Below are positions 1-5,906 of a stretch of DNA of 20,000 nt, one piece after another; the first letter of the stretch is position 1; every line of letters starts with the position of its first letter. Both the position numbers and the translations under genes were made by a program. The notes beneath the pieces were generated by a model. That model was not told the origin of the DNA and made no database searches. It was given only the letters and a program-made list of their open reading frames with translations. Origin of the DNA: an uncultured virus (IMG/VR IMGVR_UViG_3300014204_000019) (lineage: Duplodnaviria; Heunggongvirae; Uroviricota; Caudoviricetes). The stretch is taken from the IMG/VR virus record IMGVR_UViG_3300014204_000019, one strand, 5' to 3'.

Positions 1-1074
1 TTCCTTAAACCGCGTTATCGCGGTATACAACAAGGATCTTGTCCACATATAGGTATGTGAATTACTTACCACAATAATACCTGCTTTAACTTCACTTCCC
101 TGATATTTGTGGATAGTGCATACATATGCTAACATTAAATCGTATGATGATGATTTTGGATAATTTATTACTGTTTTATCATCCTCACCATTGAAAAACT
201 TAATTTTATAATCATAGTAATTCTCTCCGACGATCGTGCCAATATAACCATTAAATATATTAAGGTTATAATTGTTAGTTGTTTGCATTACCTTATCACC
301 AACGGAGAATTTTTCTGACGGTACAGCCATAGGGTTTATGTAGAATCTTAACATGGTATTAAGTTCTGTTACCCCAACTTTTGTATTATGTTGTGGTGTA
401 AGGATTTGTATATCGGAGAGTAGGTTATAACCGTTTGTTTTGAAATCTTCGATAAATAACGGAATTTTTTCTCTTATCTCTATTATATTCTCGCATTGAA
501 TAAATTGCATGTCGTCGTTAAAAGAGAGTTTAAGATCACCGTTATTTATTCTCTTGGCGTTTTCCGCAATAAGCGAACCTTTATTTTGTCGATGATTTTG
601 TGTGAGAAAGTATGTTGGGATTTTTTTACACTTTATTATATCTCGTAAGACGGCTCCTGGGCCAACAGAAGGCAATTGTGCCATATCCCCAACAAATATA
701 AACTTAACATAATCTGGAAAACTTTGCAATAAATGCCAAAGAAGTTCAATATCTACCATTGAACTTTCATCCACAATTACATATTTATAAGTGTACAATT
801 TGTTATTTTTATTGTGTCTCCATTTTCCAAATCCAGCTTTAAGAAGACGGTGTATCGTTGAAGCTTTTCGTTTTGTTAATTCTGAAATACGTTTTGCGGA
901 TTTTCCCGTTGGACCGCATAATGCATAAGTGGTATTGGTGGAATCAAGCATATTACAAATCTCTGTAATAATCGCAGTTTTTCCGGACCCCGGTCCGCCG
1001 GAGATGACCATAACTTTATGATTTTTAAAGTTATCTATTACAGTTTGTTGATCTTTATCAAGATTAATACTCAT
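1..1074 (-). CDS. recD2: RecD/RecD2-like SF1B helicase, motor domains only (runs off the left edge; absent from the ORF track)
   Basis: Hand translation from ATG at 1074: MSINLDKDQQ...ISGGPGSGKT (Walker A), CGPTGKSAKR (Ia), ASTIHRLL, VIVDESSMVD (Walker B), FVGDMAQLPSVGPG (III), QNHRQ (IV), GDKVMQTTNNY, AYVCTIHKYQGSE (V), LLYTAITR (VI). Open for 358 codons to the window edge. Confidence 0.93.
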   Translation of the reverse strand, partial: MSINLDKDQQTVIDNFKNHKVMVISGGPGSGKTAIITEICNMLDSTNTTYALCGPTGKSAKRISELTKRKASTIHRLLKAGFGKWRHNKNNKLYTYKYVIVDESSMVDIELLWHLLQSFPDYVKFIFVGDMAQLPSVGPGAVLRDIIKCKKIPTYFLTQNHRQNKGSLIAENAKRINNGDLKLSFNDDMQFIQCENIIEIREKIPLFIEDFKTNGYNLLSDIQILTPQHNTKVGVTELNTMLRFYINPMAVPSEKFSVGDKVMQTTNNYNLNIFNGYIGTIVGENYYDYKIKFFNGEDDKTVINYPKSSSYDLMLAYVCTIHKYQGSEVKAGIIVVSNSHTYMWTRSLLYTAITRFKE

Positions 1075-1246
1075 GATAATATTTTGTTTCCTTATGGATA
1101 TAAACGGATTTAAAAATTATAGAAAAGAATCCTACATCGATAGCTTTAAACCTTTTACCTTCATACTCTGTAGGAGTATAATACCGTTGTAAAGAATACC
1201 AATTTTTATAAAAAGCGAATTTTAATGGTCGGAATACTATTTTCAT
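1064..1246 (-). CDS. Small hypothetical protein (60 aa)
   Basis: Co-oriented with neighbours; overlaps the helicase start by 11 bp. Confidence 0.55.
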   Translation of the reverse strand: MKIVFRPLKFAFYKNWYSLQRYYTPTEYEGKRFKAIDVGFFSIIFKSVYIHKETKYYHEY

Positions 1247-1274
1247 TCTTCGACCTCGTTTTTATTGTTTTTTT

Positions 1275-1487
1275 TTATTGGATAGTAATTTTCGTATTTC
1301 CACTACTGGATTTAGGATTCGATTCCACGATAGCAGTTAATTCGGGTTTTAATACCACATCAATAATGTATTCAAGTGTTATCGTGTCTCTTCCTCTAAC
1401 GATAACGTCAAGTGGTATTGTACGTGTTATTGACGAGTTTTCGTTTTGTTCACTCACGAAGGTAAATTCAACTTTGGTCAAGCGCAT
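1275..1487 (-). CDS. Small hypothetical protein (70 aa)
   Basis: Tightly packed in the minus-strand run; AAGGA-like sequence upstream; overlaps the upstream gene's stop. Confidence 0.6.
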   Translation of the reverse strand: MRLTKVEFTFVSEQNENSSITRTIPLDVIVRGRDTITLEYIIDVVLKPELTAIVESNPKSSSGNTKITIQ

Positions 1488-1918
1488 AATTTTTTATCTT
1501 CCTTTTTTTTTCTATTCTTTTTATGACGACATTTTTCAGAACAGCATTTTTGTTCTCTCGTTACCATAACATATATATTATTACATACAACGCACGTAGA
1601 TTTTTTATTTAAAGGGATAAAACCATGTCTTTTTGTAATATTACATGATTTTAGTACGTTTGGCATTTTCGGCGGCTTTGTCGGTTTTATATCCCATACA
1701 TCATGACGAAATTGTTGTAATAAATATTTTACTGTTTTGTATATTGTACCTTGTCTTGCGTGTTTTCCATGTATTAAGTAAGCTAAAGATACAATTTGTT
1801 TATAATCTTCTGGTGACCATATCCACATCCAACGATAGACATGTTTCCACCGAATATCATCGATAGGCCATGGTTTATCATGAGGATGAAAGGATATACT
1901 TTTAGATTGTTTTTTCAT
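1478..1918 (-). CDS. Hypothetical protein with C-terminal Zn finger and basic tail
   Basis: CVVC-x12-CCSEKC followed by a Lys-rich tail, a common phage Zn-ribbon layout. Confidence 0.7.
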   Translation of the reverse strand: MKKQSKSISFHPHDKPWPIDDIRWKHVYRWMWIWSPEDYKQIVSLAYLIHGKHARQGTIYKTVKYLLQQFRHDVWDIKPTKPPKMPNVLKSCNITKRHGFIPLNKKSTCVVCNNIYVMVTREQKCCSEKCRHKKNRKKKEDKKLCA

Positions 1919-2294
1919 TTATTTTTGTGGTATCGAAATTATTAAAATCAAATACGTATTTGGTGTTATCGACATCGATAACTTTAAACAAATGCACTCT
2001 TATACCACCAACTGATGTTTTAACTATCTCACCAACATAATTTGTTGTTGGCGCTAATTCACGAAAAAGAAATAAAATACCGTGCAATTTAAAACGGATT
2101 ACACTATGACGAGAGATTGTACGGTACAATTTACTAGACAATGCGTGATGTATGACTTCATCTGGAAGAGTAATTGTTCCTTTATAAATAAGCTCATCAA
2201 CATGTTTTACACGTTTATTTTTATCTTTTGGCCATGAAATGGCTTCTCCTAAAATTAACGTACCACTTATACCTAAGAATTTTCTTCTGTTCAT
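1902..2294 (-). CDS. Hypothetical protein with N-terminal twin-arginine-like motif
   Basis: Begins MNRRKFLGISGTLILG; overlaps the next gene. Confidence 0.7.
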   Translation of the reverse strand: MNRRKFLGISGTLILGEAISWPKDKNKRVKHVDELIYKGTITLPDEVIHHALSSKLYRTISRHSVIRFKLHGILFLFRELAPTTNYVGEIVKTSVGGIRVHLFKVIDVDNTKYVFDFNNFDTTKINEKTI

Positions 2295-2300
2295 ATGTTT

Positions 2301-2540
2301 TTATCTTTCTTTTTTATTTATAAAATATGATACAAAAAAGAAATCTTTTTTTGGATTATACATCCACCAAGATTGTTTTTCAGCCGTTTTTATCCAGTGG
2401 CAGAATCTACTATTATATATACATGTGCTAGTTGCATTGATGATAATGTATGCTACATGTGGTTGAAATGGACTTTTAGGTATATATCTAATAATATGTC
2501 CACGACGTAAAAGGTGCAATAATCTTTTTGTAGTCATCAT
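2301..2540 (-). CDS. Small hypothetical protein (79 aa)
   Basis: AGGA just upstream; tight packing in the operon. Confidence 0.6.
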   Translation of the reverse strand: MMTTKRLLHLLRRGHIIRYIPKSPFQPHVAYIIINATSTCIYNSRFCHWIKTAEKQSWWMYNPKKDFFFVSYFINKKER

Positions 2541-2555
2541 ATTTTTTTCCTAAAC

Positions 2556-3137
2556 TCAAGAAAGAAGATCCCTTAACATCTTTGCGACTTCAACTTCCGC
2601 AACGTGTAATCTATTAAGATAGATTCTATTTTCCTCAATGATAAGTTCTTTATTTTCGAGCATTTCTTTTAACCTCTCATTGAATAAAAGAACGTTTTGC
2701 TTCTTACATTCTTTTTCAAGAATTGTTGTGTTAAGATATACGTTACCGAAATTCTTATTTGTTTCAAGTACGCTAAGTATTAATGCCCGTTGTCGTCGAG
2801 GATCTTCGGATTTATAAGACAATTGTTTTGCACAATTGTCTGCTTTTGTGAAACCGAAACCTTCAATCTCCATAAGTTTATATACATTTTCTTTGAAGAG
2901 AATGTCATATATAAACTTCATGCCGAAGTAATCGATTGCTTTTGCAACTAGGGTTTCACCTAGTCCGATCGATTTAAGATTTTTGATAAGATCAGGATTT
3001 TCCGCGGCATAAGATTTATATTGGGTTTTGATGTCAATTTCATCGGTGTTGTTATCATCTGTGATATTATTATCAGCTTGTAATATAGACGACGAATTTT
3101 TTTTACTTATATCTACATCTTCAAAATTTATTTCCAT
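2556..3137 (-). CDS. Stand-alone RecD2 N-terminal (helix-hairpin-helix/winged-helix) domain protein
   Basis: ENVYKLMEIEGFGFTKADNCAK...DPRRQRA...GNVYL...RIYLNRLHVAEVEVAKML follows the RecD2 pattern NPYxL..i.GiGFxxAD..DpxRixA..GHxyl..vyl..lyxaExxiA, which normally precedes the motor domain. Confidence 0.85.
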   Translation of the reverse strand: MEINFEDVDISKKNSSSILQADNNITDDNNTDEIDIKTQYKSYAAENPDLIKNLKSIGLGETLVAKAIDYFGMKFIYDILFKENVYKLMEIEGFGFTKADNCAKQLSYKSEDPRRQRALILSVLETNKNFGNVYLNTTILEKECKKQNVLLFNERLKEMLENKELIIEENRIYLNRLHVAEVEVAKMLRDLLS

Positions 3138-3166
3138 GTTTTTTATCTTTCTTTTTCTTTTTCTTT

Positions 3167-3358
3167 TTATTCTTTTAAATAAATTCGGCCGTCTTTTTCT
3201 TCAACAAGATTATGTAAAATCATATCTCTACGAAGAGATGAACCTATAGGCTCGAAATCATTATCAAAATAAGTTATAAGCGGACTTCCACCTGTATTTT
3301 TGATATAATCAAGATATACTTTATAACTATTATATAATTTTGAGGTAATGTTTTTCAT
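3167..3358 (-). CDS. Small hypothetical protein (63 aa), possibly a winged-helix
   Basis: Co-oriented and tightly packed; ends LVEEKDGRIYL, a wing-like motif. Confidence 0.65.
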   Translation of the reverse strand: MKNITSKLYNSYKVYLDYIKNTGGSPLITYFDNDFEPIGSSLRRDMILHNLVEEKDGRIYLKE

Positions 3359-3373
3359 ATCTTTTATACTTTT

Positions 3374-3628
3374 TTATTCTTTCCCATAATCATGATTTAT
3401 TGCATCGGTTATGGCTTCAATAGTATTGAAGACCATTTTATCACATTCATAATGAATATGATCTAAAAACGCCGAAATATCAGTCGGTGAAAGTGCATAA
3501 AATGGTTTCCAACAACATTTACACTTCCACATGACTCGACCTATTTTCTTATCGTTATAAGCGAAGAAATATTCATCACGGAGTTTTGGGAAGTAGAATT
3601 TTGACATAAGATTATTTGCGCCCTTCAT
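3374..3628 (-). CDS. Small Cys/His-containing protein, possible Zn finger
   Basis: WKCKCCWKPF...DHIHYEC; true start may be the later Met (MSKF). Confidence 0.6.
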   Translation of the reverse strand: MKGANNLMSKFYFPKLRDEYFFAYNDKKIGRVMWKCKCCWKPFYALSPTDISAFLDHIHYECDKMVFNTIEAITDAINHDYGKE

Positions 3629-3811
3629 AGTTAGGTGTATTAAGAATCAATCTTCGTGTGCTCAAAACCAAATGATTTAATGCATCCATTTTCACAAATA
3701 ATATCAACACGATATACGTGTGGTATTATAAGAGAAGATGGATGATTAATTCGTCGTATTTAATGTGCTTGAAGTTTATAATATAAGGTTGGGTTAAACT
3801 GCTGAGGAAAT

Positions 3812-3951
3812 AAAAAAGCCCGATTTCTTTTTATTTTTATTTTTATTTTTTAAGTTTCCGGAATACTTTATTCTATTACCTGGGAGATAAAAAGAAAATA
3901 AAATATTTTACTTAAAAAATTTAAAAATATTAAAAAGAATCGGGCTTTTTT
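3812..3951. terminator. Long imperfect inverted repeat, terminator-like
   Basis: AAAAAAGCCCGATT (3812-3825) and AATCGGGCTTTTTT (3938-3951) pair perfectly, and imperfect pairing continues inward to about 3855/3910; lies downstream of the 4050-4433 gene. Confidence 0.55.
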
Positions 3952-4049
3952 TTACTTTAATTTAATGTTAAAGCGTATTCTTTAACATTAAGATTACATC
4001 TTTAAACGTAAAACTTTAACGTGAAAGAAAGAGATAAATGGTATAAAAA

Positions 4050-4433
4050 TTACTTCAAATCCTGCATCTTCAAACCAAGCTTTGCAAGAGTAGCGAAAAG
4101 TTGTGCTTGTTCGTCTTCATTCAACATTTCTTTTGCATTCTTCTGGATTATTTTTGGAACAAGAGGCAATCTTGTTAATTCTGCACGTTTATTCGCAATA
4201 GCTGTAGTGCGGAAAGAATTATTTATTTCTTCAACAAGTGAGGCTTCACCTTTTCCAGCTTCAATCGCTTCATAATGCGCGATGATATCGCTAACAGACT
4301 CGAATTGTGTAATATCAACGGTTGCGGTTTTTTTCTCAGAAGAAATAACTTCTTTTCCATCTACAACATTAACCTTTTTCAAAGAGTATGAAAATTCAAC
4401 TGTTTTTGTCAATGACATTGTTTTGTTCTCCAT
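4050..4433 (-). CDS. Hypothetical protein (127 aa) with its own promoter
   Basis: Clean ORF with a near-consensus promoter upstream and hairpins downstream; GGAG precedes the second Met (MSLTK), the likely start. Confidence 0.85.
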   Translation of the reverse strand: MENKTMSLTKTVEFSYSLKKVNVVDGKEVISSEKKTATVDITQFESVSDIIAHYEAIEAGKGEASLVEEINNSFRTTAIANKRAELTRLPLVPKIIQKNAKEMLNEDEQAQLFATLAKLGLKMQDLK

Positions 4434-4519
4434 TTTTTATTACTAATAAAGTTTGTTTTTTAATTAAAACTAAACTTTTCTGCAAAACACGCTTAACGTT
4501 TTGCTCGATTTCTGATATT

Positions 4520-4548
4520 AGTATACCACAGAATTCAACCGTTGTCAA
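4520..4548 (-). promoter_or_regulatory. sigma70-type promoter with extended -10
   Basis: Minus strand TTGACA-N17-TATACT, with TG one base before the -10. Confidence 0.85.
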
Positions 4549-4627
4549 GCGGAATCGGTCTATTTTTGGCTATGTGAGGTTTCCGATACGGAGCCGGCGT
4601 TATGAAGCTTGACGATTCCGCTTGACA
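4543..4627. repeat. 15-bp perfect inverted repeat with 55-bp spacer, overlapping the -35 box
   Basis: TGTCAAGCGGAATCG (4543-4557) / CGATTCCGCTTGACA (4613-4627). Confidence 0.9.
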
Positions 4628-4652
4628 GGTCAAAAACAGGGGCAAAACGCGT

Positions 4653-4844
4653 TCAAGATATTTTATTTTTTGTTTCCCGTAATATTACTTTATAAGTGCT
4701 ATAAAATGTTGGATGTACATTTATAAAGCACATAACATTTATCCACGCTGTTTGTAAAGAAAACGAAAGAATCACTAATGTATATTTCTTTCGTGACTCT
4801 TTTTCCATGTCGTAATAAAAGATTATAAAGGTATATTCATTCAT
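4653..4844 (-). CDS. Small hypothetical protein (63 aa)
   Basis: AAGGA upstream; co-oriented. Confidence 0.55.
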   Translation of the reverse strand: MNEYTFIIFYYDMEKESRKKYTLVILSFSLQTAWINVMCFINVHPTFYSTYKVILRETKNKIS

Positions 4845-4852
4845 AAGTTTGT

Positions 4853-5149
4853 TTATCCTTCTTTTGATGTGTACATTATGATGAAAAAGTCATCACTTTT
4901 TGTAAACAAGTTTGATGTTTTTTGTGTTTCTTTAAGTAATTCAGATGTTACAAGTCGATAGTTTTGTAACGCTTTTTTGATGACAACGATGTTTTCGGCG
5001 GATAGTTTTATTTTTCTATATGTGGAAGAAGAACGTTTCGAAGTTTTTGAGGTTTTTGGGTTTTTTGAGGTTTTTTGTTCTGTTTCTTTTATTTCTTTTT
5101 CTAAATTTGACTTTTCCGCGGTAATAGATAATAAATCAGATTGTGTCAT
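4853..5149 (-). CDS. Basic, Lys/Ser/Thr-rich hypothetical protein (98 aa)
   Basis: AAAGGA RBS; an 11-bp perfect hairpin (5172-5197) lies just upstream. Confidence 0.65.
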   Translation of the reverse strand: MTQSDLLSITAEKSNLEKEIKETEQKTSKNPKTSKTSKRSSSTYRKIKLSAENIVVIKKALQNYRLVTSELLKETQKTSNLFTKSDDFFIIMYTSKEG

Positions 5150-5287
5150 TTTTGTTTCCTTTCGTTTTATTACACTATATTATTCTTAATATAGTGTTCT
5201 TACAAAGTATATGTAAATTTGCGTTTGTTTGCATATTTACCTCATAAATTTAATTGTTTATTAAATTTTATTGTCCTGAATGCTCTT

Positions 5288-5593
5288 TTAATAAATGCAT
5301 AAAAGAGCTTCAGCAATACGAAAATCACAGCAATATCTAATAAAAGCGGATACATCTTTTTGTTCGATTAAAACCACATACTCATTTCCTTGATAAGCAA
5401 CAATCTTAATACTTGGAAAAGTATCAGTTAAATCAACTAATACTTTTTCATATTCATAAGCGTGTATTTTATATATAAATATATTTTTACGACTTTTGCA
5501 TAAAGGGCAAAAGTTTTCTTTAATCCTATAATATATTATAGGATGTTGTTCACCAAAAGATGAACCACCTTTGCATTTTATAAAATCTTTCAT
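5288..5593 (-). CDS. Hypothetical protein with CPLC motif
   Basis: ATGA overlap with the upstream gene; C...H...CPLC is a possible Zn site. Confidence 0.7.
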   Translation of the reverse strand: MKDFIKCKGGSSFGEQHPIIYYRIKENFCPLCKSRKNIFIYKIHAYEYEKVLVDLTDTFPSIKIVAYQGNEYVVLIEQKDVSAFIRYCCDFRIAEALLCIY

Positions 5594-5859
5594 AAGATTA
5601 TCCTTCTCTTTTTTTTATTTTGCATTAGTTTTCGATACTGTTTTAAACAATCTTTCCAGGAGGTATATACAAACCATATAAAGCATTTATCGTTTGCCAA
5701 AATCTCATATTGGGTAACGCTTTTATATACCACAATACGTATATTAACAGTACGATAGTGTACGTTGATTAAATTATTAACCATTTTGGTTAATTGTGAG
5801 ATTGTTGGAGCTTTAGAATTGCCGATTCGAAATATTTTATTTTCTTTTTCTTTTTTCAT
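5590..5859 (-). CDS. Basic hypothetical protein (89 aa)
   Basis: AAGG RBS; coupled to the downstream gene. Confidence 0.7.
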   Translation of the reverse strand: MKKEKENKIFRIGNSKAPTISQLTKMVNNLINVHYRTVNIRIVVYKSVTQYEILANDKCFIWFVYTSWKDCLKQYRKLMQNKKKRRIIL

Positions 5860-5906
5860 GATGAAAAACCTTTCTCTTTTTATTTTATTTAAAATCTTAT
5901 ACAGAT

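Noticed and set aside
1075..2555. Intron, intein or stop-codon recoding as the explanation for the split recD2
   Set aside because: The gap is filled with ordinary co-oriented ORFs, with no recognisable group I/II intron core, homing endonuclease or intein motifs; long genes elsewhere read normally with the standard code
3640..3759. Short open minus-strand frame (IRRINHPSS...HTKIDS)
   Set aside because: Preceded by an in-frame stop with no start codon; at most a remnant
4622..4650. Plus-strand sigma70 promoter from the TTGACA at 4622
   Set aside because: No -10-like hexamer at 16-18 bp spacing
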